In this document: positions 28,611 through 35,596 of the stretch, one piece after another
How the letters are laid out: each line of letters opens with the position of its first letter
Numbering within the stretch: position 1 is the stretch's first letter
Source of the DNA: Anaerolineales bacterium
Lineage (GTDB): Bacteria; Chloroflexota; Anaerolineae; Anaerolineales; UBA6663
DNA length: 64,000 nt
Assembly: GCA_020850595.1 (NCBI GenBank)
Contig: JADZEK010000023.1
Location: 6,222-70,221 of the forward strand
Reading direction: 5' to 3'
The notes under the pieces: generated by a model
Told to the model about the DNA's origin: nothing
The model's database searches: none
Seen by the model: the letters and a program-made list of their open reading frames with translations, nothing else
Made by a program: the position numbers and the translations under genes

Positions 28611-28636
28611 CTTAACGAAAAAACAGGGAGGGCGCG

Positions 28637-28903
28637 ATGCTGTTGGGTGTCCCGCTGTGGGCGATTGGGGCGGCGTGCTGGGCGCTGGCGGTGGTGTGGG
28701 CGCTGGTTTGGCCGCGCCGGGCGGGCGCGCGCGGCGGGCGCTTGGCGATCTTGCGCTGGGCGCACGCGCTGGTCTGGGCGCTGCTGGGGGCCGCGGCCTT
28801 CGTGGGCGCGGCGGGCGGCCCGGCCCAACTGGTGGCGCTGGCGGCGCTGGCGGTCTACCTGGTCTTCGTGGCGGCGCTGCTGACCACGCCGCGCGCGCCT
28901 TAG
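28637..28903 (+). CDS. small membrane protein (88 aa, about 3 TM)
   Basis: AGGGAGG SD before the ATG, hydrophobic sequence, high GC3. Confidence 0.55.
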   Translation: MLLGVPLWAIGAACWALAVVWALVWPRRAGARGGRLAILRWAHALVWALLGAAAFVGAAGGPAQLVALAALAVYLVFVAALLTTPRAP

Positions 28904-29901
28904 GCGAAGAACGGCAGCCAGCGCAGCGCCCACACGCCCAGCGCGCCGAGCGCTACCGTCGCGGGCACGGTCAGCACCCAGGCCCACACGATTTCGGCCG
29001 CCACGCCCCAGCGCACCATGTTGAGGCGCTGGGCCGCGCCCGCGCCCAGGATGGTGGTGCTGACCACCTGCGTGGTGCTCACCGGCGCGCCCACGGCCGT
29101 GGCCGCGAACGATACGCCCGCCGCCGCGAGCTGCGCCGCCAACCCGTGGATGGGCCGGATGCGGTAGAACTTGCCGCCCAACTTGCGGATCAGGCGCGAG
29201 CCACCAGTGAGGCCGCCCAGGGCCGTGGCGCCCATGGCCGCGACACTGACCCACAGCGGAATGTCAAAGCTCGCGCCGGTGACAGCGGCGACGCCCAGCG
29301 CCAGCAGCCCGATGGCCTTCTGCGCGTCGTTGGCCCCCCAGCTCAGCGCCAGCACCAGCGCGGTGAAGACCTGGCTCAGGCGGAACAGGTTGTTGATGCG
29401 CGGCGTGGCGCGCTCGGCCAGCGCGTAGAGCAGGCCGGTGATGATGAAACCCGCCAGCAGTCCGGCCAGCGGCGAGACGAACAGCGCCAGCAGCACGCGC
29501 CCCAGCCCTTCCAGGTTCACGGCTGGCAGGCCGCCCGCCGCCAGGCCCGCGCCCACCAGCCCGCCCACCACCCCGTGGGACGAGCTGGCCGGTACGTTCC
29601 ACCACCAGGTGATCAGGCGCCAGAGCGTCGCGCTGAAGGTGGCGGCCAGCACCGTGTGGGGGCCGGCGGCGGCGGGCAGCAGCACACCCACGCCGAAGGT
29701 CCGCGCTACCGCCACGCCGAACAGCAGCGGCGCCGCCAGCGCCGCCCCGGCCGCCAGCAGCACCGCGAACTGCGGGCGGATGGCGCGCGAGGAGATCACC
29801 GGCGCGACGATGTTGGCGGTGTCGGCGATGCCGCTGAAGTAGGCGAAGATGAGATTAAGCAGCACTAAGACGAGCAGCGCAGGGGTCAGCGGCGCCGGCA
29901 T
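28900..29901 (-). CDS. pit: inorganic phosphate transporter, PiT family
   Basis: 333 aa, polytopic, with paired PiT signatures (FSGIADTAN... and WGANDAQKAIG). Confidence 0.9.
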   Translation of the reverse strand: MPAPLTPALLVLVLLNLIFAYFSGIADTANIVAPVISSRAIRPQFAVLLAAGAALAAPLLFGVAVARTFGVGVLLPAAAGPHTVLAATFSATLWRLITWWWNVPASSSHGVVGGLVGAGLAAGGLPAVNLEGLGRVLLALFVSPLAGLLAGFIITGLLYALAERATPRINNLFRLSQVFTALVLALSWGANDAQKAIGLLALGVAAVTGASFDIPLWVSVAAMGATALGGLTGGSRLIRKLGGKFYRIRPIHGLAAQLAAAGVSFAATAVGAPVSTTQVVSTTILGAGAAQRLNMVRWGVAAEIVWAWVLTVPATVALGALGVWALRWLPFFA

Positions 29902-29997
29902 AGGTCACGCACACGTGTGTTCCCTTGTGTTTTAGGTGTATCTATAGTATATCCGTTTTCAGCGACGAATCGAACTGGAATGAAACGAGCAGCGGTC

Positions 29998-30630
29998 ATG
30001 TTCTTGCGACGATTGTTCGGCCGAGATAAGCGCCCGGACAGCTTTCTACGCCTGATCTGCGAGCAGGCGGCGCACACTCAGCGCGGGCTGGAGGGGCTGC
30101 ACGCCTATGTCAAGGACCCGAGCGATGGGCATGCCAAGGAAATTCACGCCGCCGAAAAGGACGCCGACGAGGTGCGGCGCATCCTGATTGACGAACTGAA
30201 CAAATCGTTTGTCACGCCCATAGACCGCGAAGACCTGTTCTCGCTCTCGCGCGCCATTGACGACGTGCTCGACTACGCCGACAGCACCGTGGAAGAGATG
30301 GTGATGCTGGGCGTCAAGCCCAACTCCTACCTGATCCGCATGGTCTCGCTGCTGCGTGACGCGGCCGAGGAGATCAACCGCGGGGTGCAGCGGCTAGAGG
30401 ACCGGCCCAACGTGGCCAACGACCATGCGGTGCGGGCGAAAGCCTTGGAGAACCGCGTGGAAGGCGTGTACCGCGAGGCCATCGGCGCGCTGTTCAACGG
30501 CCCGCGCGACGTGGAGCATGTGGTTGAAATGCTCAAGCTGCGCGAGATTTACCGCCACCTCTCCAACGCCGCCGACCGCGGCGACGAGGCCGCCAACCTG
30601 ATCGGCGACATCGTCGTCAAGCAGATGTAA
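29998..30630 (+). CDS. DUF47/PhoU-like phosphate-transport accessory protein
   Basis: MFLRRLFGRDK...EKDADEVRR...TPIDREDL...LSRAIDDV.D matches the DUF47 (YkaA-like) consensus as I recall it. Divergent from pit. The track start at 29917 is probably too far upstream. Confidence 0.8.
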   Translation: MFLRRLFGRDKRPDSFLRLICEQAAHTQRGLEGLHAYVKDPSDGHAKEIHAAEKDADEVRRILIDELNKSFVTPIDREDLFSLSRAIDDVLDYADSTVEEMVMLGVKPNSYLIRMVSLLRDAAEEINRGVQRLEDRPNVANDHAVRAKALENRVEGVYREAIGALFNGPRDVEHVVEMLKLREIYRHLSNAADRGDEAANLIGDIVVKQM

Positions 30631-30655
30631 GCGCGGCGCAGGAGAACCTTAAAGC

Positions 30656-30690
30656 AACGGGCGGCTCACGCAGGGCCGCCCGTTTTGTTT
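30656..30690 (+). terminator. intrinsic terminator
   Basis: AACGGGCGGC / GCCGCCCGTT 10-bp stem followed by TTTTGTTT. Confidence 0.65.
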
Positions 30691-30703
30691 GCCGCGGGGC
30701 GCG

Positions 30704-31324
30704 CTAGAGCAGGTCTTCGAGCGGCGGGGCGCCGGGCAGCAGCGCGTGCTGGACAAACGGGGCCAGCGCCCGCTCGCCGACAGCCACATAGCCGGCGCGC
30801 AGCCGGTCGGCCAGCGAACGCAGGCAGGCCTGGTAGAGTGTCGCCGGGTCGAGGGCGGCCAGGCGCGCCTCCAACTGGCGCGGCTCGCCGGCCATGTCGT
30901 GCGCGGCGCGGCGCTGGGCCAGCAGGCCCTCGATGGCGGCGGCCAGGTGGTCGGAGACGCTGGCCGGAAATTGCAGCGCCAGGATGGGCGCGGGCGAGTC
31001 GAGTTGCAGCACTACGTAGTCAGGCTCTGCGTCCAGGGTGATCCGGCCGCCGAGGGTAAAGGCCTCGACCTTCTTGCCTACGCGGTCTTGCAGGATCACG
31101 CGCCCGGCCGCGGCGGTGTAGTCGTGGTCGGCGGGCCAAGGATGGAACACGCGCAGCGGCTCGATTTCGCCCAGGCGGGTAACGACCGGCAGGGTGACGT
31201 GCTCAGGGTCGTAGTGGGCGTGGGTGGGGCGGGCGCGCAGCACCACGCGCAGCCGCGAGTGCGCGGGCGCGTCCGGCGAGCAGTCAGGCTCAAAGGCGTA
31301 GCCGAAGTCGGGGTGGTTGGTCAT
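30704..31324 (-). CDS. hypothetical protein (206 aa)
   Basis: Clean high-GC3 ORF. No family recognised. Confidence 0.6.
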   Translation of the reverse strand: MTNHPDFGYAFEPDCSPDAPAHSRLRVVLRARPTHAHYDPEHVTLPVVTRLGEIEPLRVFHPWPADHDYTAAAGRVILQDRVGKKVEAFTLGGRITLDAEPDYVVLQLDSPAPILALQFPASVSDHLAAAIEGLLAQRRAAHDMAGEPRQLEARLAALDPATLYQACLRSLADRLRAGYVAVGERALAPFVQHALLPGAPPLEDLL

Positions 31325-31408
31325 GCCTTAATTTTAGCGGCCGAGGCCGTCGCCGTCCGGTGATCTTCGTCCTGACCTGCCCCCTGGCCTCCGTGGGTAT
31401 TTTGCGCC

Positions 31409-31438
31409 TTGACACGCATAGACAAACTTCTATATAAT
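31409..31438 (+). promoter_or_regulatory. near-consensus sigma-70-type promoter
   Basis: TTGACA (31409-14), 18-nt spacer, TATAAT (31433-38). Confidence 0.6.
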
Positions 31439-31625
31439 CGCAACACATAGACGATCATCAATGTAACAGGCTGGGTCAGACGGCTGGCGATCATGCCCCA
31501 GGGTGTGCCGTTCTCGGCCATGATCACGGCTCAGCGTAGCTGGGCTGACAGTACGGCCCACCAAGCGCAGCCGGCCAACCGGCGGCGCAGACAACACTGC
31601 CCGTGGGAGGAAGGAGGTGACAACC

Positions 31626-31706
31626 ATGACCAAGCCTGTGTGGCGCGACCCCGAAACGTGCGAGGACGAGGGGTGCTGCGGCGGGGGCGGGTGCTGCGGC
31701 GGCTAA
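31626..31706 (+). CDS. 26-aa Cys/Gly-rich micropeptide MTKPVWRDPETCEDEGCCGGGGCCGG
   Basis: My translation (below the track length cutoff). A strong SD (GGGAGGAAGGAGGTGA) ends 5-6 nt before the ATG. A consensus promoter lies about 190 nt upstream, and a perfect terminator lies about 70 nt downstream. Confidence 0.5.
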   Translation: MTKPVWRDPETCEDEGCCGGGGCCGG

Positions 31707-31773
31707 GCCGCCCGCGCCGGGGAGGGCCGCGGCCTCTCCGGCCCGACGGCCATCCAAAGCATTACAGCTTGTT

Positions 31774-31809
31774 AGCGGACGGTGAGGCCTCACCGTCCGC
31801 TTGCGTTTT
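31774..31809 (+). terminator. intrinsic terminator
   Basis: AGCGGACGGTGAGG / CCTCACCGTCCGCT perfect 14-nt arms, then TGCGTTTT. Confidence 0.8.
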
Positions 31810-31828
31810 GCCGCCGTGAGCCGGGCGT

Positions 31829-32443
31829 CTACGCCCCGCGTCGCTTGCGCCGCGTGAGGGCGTAGACGCCCATGACGACGGCGCCCGCCAGCAGCAGGGC
31901 CGGCGCGGGCCACCACCGGGTCGGCCCAGGCGGCGCGGGGATGACGGCGCGCTCGGCGGCGCTGCGGCTGTGGCGGCGGGCCAGTTCCAGCAGCAGGCTG
32001 CGCTCGCCCTGGCGCATGGCCCAGTGGTGGTTGGCCGAGAAGAGGGGCTTCATAATAAAGGACAGGTCGCGCAGCAGCGGCTTGTCGGCCCGCACCCACC
32101 AGTCGTAGGTGACGACGACCTCGGGGCCGTCTTGCGTGAGGGTCCAGATGCCGCGGCCGTTGAAGTCGCCGCGCGCGTCGAGGCGGAAACTGCCGGGGCG
32201 CACGTCGGTGACGGTGAACTGCCAGCGCAGGGTGTAGGGCAGCCAGCCCTTGGTGAACAGGCCGACCTCGCGGCCCAGGCCGGTGGCCGGGTCGCCGGGG
32301 GCCAGCTCGGTAACTTCCAGGTAGACCGACGGCCACCAGCGCGCCAGGTCGGGCGCGTTGCCCAGGATGGCGGTGATCTCTTCGACGGTGCTGGGCACGC
32401 GCCAGGTGGTGATGAAGTGGTAGTCGTTGTCGGCGAGGTTCAT
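31829..32443 (-). CDS. SRPBCC (START/polyketide-cyclase-like) domain protein with a C-terminal TM anchor
   Basis: 204 aa. The YHFITTWRV...ARWWP... pattern is typical of the SRPBCC superfamily. C-terminal WWPAPALLLAGAVVMGVYAL TM segment. Confidence 0.7.
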   Translation of the reverse strand: MNLADNDYHFITTWRVPSTVEEITAILGNAPDLARWWPSVYLEVTELAPGDPATGLGREVGLFTKGWLPYTLRWQFTVTDVRPGSFRLDARGDFNGRGIWTLTQDGPEVVVTYDWWVRADKPLLRDLSFIMKPLFSANHHWAMRQGERSLLLELARRHSRSAAERAVIPAPPGPTRWWPAPALLLAGAVVMGVYALTRRKRRGA

Positions 32444-32526
32444 GGGCGGGTCTCCAGTTGCGCTGGCGGGCTATTGTAGTGCACCTCTTCAATCAACTGG
32501 TAAGCCCTGGACGATAACAACAGGCA

Positions 32527-32559
32527 GAAAAACCCTTGCCACGAATTACCACGAATTGG
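32527..32559 (-). repeat. ATTCGTG direct-repeat motif, second locus (2 units, 10-bp phase, with a conserved GGCAAGGGTTTTT tail)
   Basis: The minus strand reads ccAATTCGTGgtAATTCGTGGCAAGGGTTTTTc, about 85 percent identical to 18305-18268. Confidence 0.7.
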
Positions 32560-32667
32560 ACTAGGCAGGGGAAGCGGGCGGAGAGAAGTCGTAGGGATCC
32601 TCAAACAGAGGGCCAGGAACTTCGTCGCCTATCGCGGCGGCGCGGCGCTCTCTATAATCAAGGGGTG

Positions 32668-33048
32668 ATGCGCACCTACCGTTCCCCTCGCGCTTTAGTG
32701 CCGGCCCTGCTGGGGCTGTGCCTGCCGGCACTGCCCGCCGTCGTGGCCCCCAGCCAGTCCGCGGGCGGTTATACCCTGTTCCTGCCTCTGGTTCAGCGCT
32801 CCGAAGCGCCGGCCAACCCCGTCCACAGCGGCGTCGCCACGTACTACGACGCCACCGGCAACGGCGCCTGCCTGTTCGGCGAGGCGCCGGACGATTTGAT
32901 GGTGACGGCGCTGAACGCCGTGGAGTACGACACGGCGGCGTGGTGCGGCGCGGACGCGCGCGCGGCGCTGCGTGGGCCAATCGAACGCGCGCATCAGGCC
33001 GTGCCTCGCTTCACCAGCGAAATCTTAGGCCGCCAACAAGCCGGATAG
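32668..33048 (+). pseudogene. expansin/RlpA-like DPBB-domain protein, apparently 3'-truncated
   Basis: Signal peptide, then HSGVATYYDATGNGACLFG...DLMVTALNAVEYDTAAWCGA, matching the N-terminal half of DPBB/expansin domain 1. After about 32950 the sequence loses all similarity and stops at 33048. Confidence 0.55.
32992..33019. repeat. 28-nt direct repeat, copy A
   Basis: catcaggccgTGcctcgcttcaccagcg. Copy B at 33744-33771 differs at 2 positions. Confidence 0.85.
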
Positions 33049-33396
33049 TTCTAGCACCCGATCAGACCACTGGCGGGCCTGTTCTCCCAAGGCCGCCCGC
33101 CGCGCCGGGTCGGGCCAGATGGCCGGCCACTGGGTCTGCCAGCGAGCCAACTGCCCTTGCAGCGCAACCAACTCGGCGGCCGTCTCCAGTTCCGCCTCGC
33201 GCGCCGTCCACTCGATGAAGTGTTTGCTTTCATCGAGCAGGCTCGCCACGATCTCGCGCCCGGACTCCTGGCGCGTAAACGCCTGAATCCGGCGCAGGTT
33301 GGCGGCCAGGCCCCCAAGCCGCGTGGGCACACCGTCGCGCAGGTATCGTTCGCGAATCAGCTCAGGATTTTCCATATGCACCGAAGAGGGTTTCAA
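33025..33396 (-). CDS. hypothetical helical protein (123 aa, or 116 aa from ATG 33375)
   Basis: High-GC3 ORF. No family recognised. Confidence 0.55.
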   Translation of the reverse strand: MKPSSVHMENPELIRERYLRDGVPTRLGGLAANLRRIQAFTRQESGREIVASLLDESKHFIEWTAREAELETAAELVALQGQLARWQTQWPAIWPDPARRAALGEQARQWSDRVLELSGLLAA

Positions 33397-33430
33397 TCAC
33401 TTGTGCGACCTGTGCGCGCCGACTAGCGTC

Positions 33431-33703
33431 TTAAATGACCAAAGCGCGGTTGTTTTGGCGCGGGCGAATATTGATCAGCGCCTCAAACGTAATCTGTCCG
33501 CTGGCCGGGTCCCAATCCGCGCCCCAAATGTCTTCTTGAGCGCTGCCGTCTTCCAGCAACATCGTCTCGCAATCGACATGCATGACGCCGCCAGCCAGGA
33601 CGCCGCGTTGGATGTCCACGGCCACCTTGATATAGGTGCCGAGCGCCCGGAGCATTTCAGTGACTTCTGGGGTCGTAACAGGTGTGCGAACGATGAGCAC
33701 CAT
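33431..33703 (-). CDS. DUF5674-like small protein (90 aa)
   Basis: IVRTPVTTPEV.EM.......IKVAVDIQRGVLAGG...H.D.E..LLEDGS.QEDIWGA resembles the DUF5674 consensus as I recall it. Confidence 0.6.
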   Translation of the reverse strand: MVLIVRTPVTTPEVTEMLRALGTYIKVAVDIQRGVLAGGVMHVDCETMLLEDGSAQEDIWGADWDPASGQITFEALINIRPRQNNRALVI

Positions 33704-33743
33704 GGCGATTTGACCTTATGCCCTAATCATAGCGCAGACGCGG

Positions 33744-33771
33744 CATCAGGCCGCACCTCGCTTCACCAGCG
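33744..33771. repeat. 28-nt direct repeat, copy B (covers the last codons and stop of the nuclease gene)
   Basis: catcaggccgCAcctcgcttcaccagcg. Confidence 0.85.
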
Positions 33772-34729
33772 CCGCCAGCTCGCCAATCGGCCGCAGCTGC
33801 GCTACCGCTACCGCGCGGTTGTCGGTCTGCGTCTTGGGGTACTGCCATACCGCCGCCCCGCGCGGCAGGCGGCGGCTGCGCTCACGGAACTCGGCCTTCG
33901 TCAGCCACCCGGCGATGAAGACCTCCAGCCCGTAGACCCAAATGTTCACCCAGTCCTTGGGCGCGATCAGCTGTGTCTGGCGCAGGGCGGCGCTACGCAC
34001 GCCGATTTGGCCCGCGGGCAGCTCGGCCGCGTGCAGGTAGAGCAGCGTGTAATACTCGGCCGCCGTCACCGTGCGGGCGCGCGGCGCGAGCATCAGCCTC
34101 TCGGCGCGGGCGGCGCGGGCGGCGTCTTGCCCGCCCACCTCCAGCCGCAGCGGCCGCGGGCCGTCGCTCTTCAAGATCAGCCGGCCCAGCGAGCGCCAGG
34201 CCGCCTCGCCCCCGCGCCACTCGGGTCGCTCCAGCACGTGCAGCAGGTACACCGGCTGCTCGGCGCGCAGCGCGCGGTCCAGCGCGTCGGCCCCGCGCGT
34301 CTCCAGCCCAGCCAGGAAGCCGAACACATACACATCGGCCTCGTCCAGACGGTCACTGTGGAACTGGTCTTCGGGCACCAGCGCCTCGGCCGCGTAGAGC
34401 AGCGTGGGGTCGCGCCGCAGCGCGCTGATCTGCGCCTTGTCGCTCACCAAAAAGCTCTTCAGGTCGCAGCGCCGGCCGCCCAGGCGCAGGTCGTAGCGGT
34501 CGGGCGCGGTGAAGGGCGTAGCGCCCAGGCGCTCGTAGCGCGCGCCCTGCGTGTCGAGCCAACGCTGAAAAGCCAGCTCGACCGCCACGCCGGCCACGAT
34601 CTTGCGCAGGCGCGCGCCGGCCCCCAGGCGCATGCGGTTGTAGGTGTAGTGCAGGCTGCGCTTGGCGTACTCGATCCCGGCCCGCGTCAGCGTGGCGTCA
34701 TAAGGCAGGCGCAGCAGGGCGGGCGGCAT
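33746..34729 (-). CDS. putative type II restriction endonuclease (PD-(D/E)xK fold candidate)
   Basis: 327-aa ORF, 6 nt downstream of the methyltransferase gene. Contains APDRYDLRLGGRRCDLKS (PD-x11-D-L-K), preceded by a helix with a conserved Glu (VAVELAFQRW). Confidence 0.55.
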   Translation of the reverse strand: MPPALLRLPYDATLTRAGIEYAKRSLHYTYNRMRLGAGARLRKIVAGVAVELAFQRWLDTQGARYERLGATPFTAPDRYDLRLGGRRCDLKSFLVSDKAQISALRRDPTLLYAAEALVPEDQFHSDRLDEADVYVFGFLAGLETRGADALDRALRAEQPVYLLHVLERPEWRGGEAAWRSLGRLILKSDGPRPLRLEVGGQDAARAARAERLMLAPRARTVTAAEYYTLLYLHAAELPAGQIGVRSAALRQTQLIAPKDWVNIWVYGLEVFIAGWLTKAEFRERSRRLPRGAAVWQYPKTQTDNRAVAVAQLRPIGELAALVKRGAA

Positions 34730-34735
34730 GGCGGC

Positions 34736-35584
34736 TCAGACGGCGGGGTCAGTCAGCTCGTTCCGGAACTGCAAGCAGTAGTGATGGAAGGTGTTGCTGA
34801 CCCAGGCGTTGCCCAGGCCGTAGGGCGCGAGGCGCTGGTTGTCCTGCGCCCAGATGCGCTCGTCCTTGAGGGCGTAGGTGCGGCTTAGCTCGCGCGCCAA
34901 ATCCCAGGCCAGCGGGTAGATGCGCCCGCCCTTCTTCACGTTTTTCACGATGATGGTCAGGTAGGCGCGCGGCTTGAGCACCGGCTGGAGCGCGGCGTAG
35001 ATAGCCGTGAGTTGCCGCACGAAGGCCTCGTAATCGGCCACGTTGCCCAGGTCGCGCGGGTCGTCGGAGTAGAACACATCCAGCCCGGGCGTGGCGCGGC
35101 GCAGCTTCTGCGTGGCGGCCCCGCGCGCCCGCAGCATGTCCCAATAGGGCGGCGAGGTCAGCACGTAATCTATTTTGGGCAGCTTCAGCGCGCCCGCCTG
35201 CGCGGCGTCGGCGTTGAAGAGCAGCGGCACGCGGGTCTTAGGCACCCGGCCCAGCGCGGCGATCTCATCGGCCACCACCTGCTGCGCCACCCCAAAGTAG
35301 CGCTCGTTCAGCTCAATGCCCACGCTCCGGCGCTTGGCGCGCAGCGCCGCCACTAGCGTCGAGCCGGTGCCCACCATCGGGTCGAGCACGGTTTGCCCGC
35401 GCTTGGTGAAGAAACGGATGAACTCCTCCGCCAGCGTCTCGGGGAACTTGGCCGGGTGCAGGCGCACGTCTGCCCGGCGCGGCGGCGGGTTGTGGATGAA
35501 CCACGACTTCTGAAACTTGAGCCAGGTCTTGCCGTCGAGGTCGTTGAGTTTGTTGCGGGTTTTTGGGGGGGCGGCGGCGGGCAT
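34736..35584 (-). CDS. site-specific DNA methyltransferase (N4-C/N6-A family), motif I placed before motif IV
   Basis: HPAKFPETLAEEFIRFFTKRGQTVLDPMVGTGST (motif X/I), followed about 100 aa later by DYVLTSPPYWDM (motif IV, SPPY). Confidence 0.8.
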   Translation of the reverse strand: MPAAAPPKTRNKLNDLDGKTWLKFQKSWFIHNPPPRRADVRLHPAKFPETLAEEFIRFFTKRGQTVLDPMVGTGSTLVAALRAKRRSVGIELNERYFGVAQQVVADEIAALGRVPKTRVPLLFNADAAQAGALKLPKIDYVLTSPPYWDMLRARGAATQKLRRATPGLDVFYSDDPRDLGNVADYEAFVRQLTAIYAALQPVLKPRAYLTIIVKNVKKGGRIYPLAWDLARELSRTYALKDERIWAQDNQRLAPYGLGNAWVSNTFHHYCLQFRNELTDPAV

Positions 35585-35596
35585 AGGGGCGGACGG

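Noticed and set aside
31493-31819. 108-aa plus-strand ORF overlapping the micropeptide locus
   Set aside because: It has no SD, an Arg-rich unnatural composition, and runs through both hairpins of the terminator region. The 26-codon frame with the strong SD is the better candidate, if anything here is translated.
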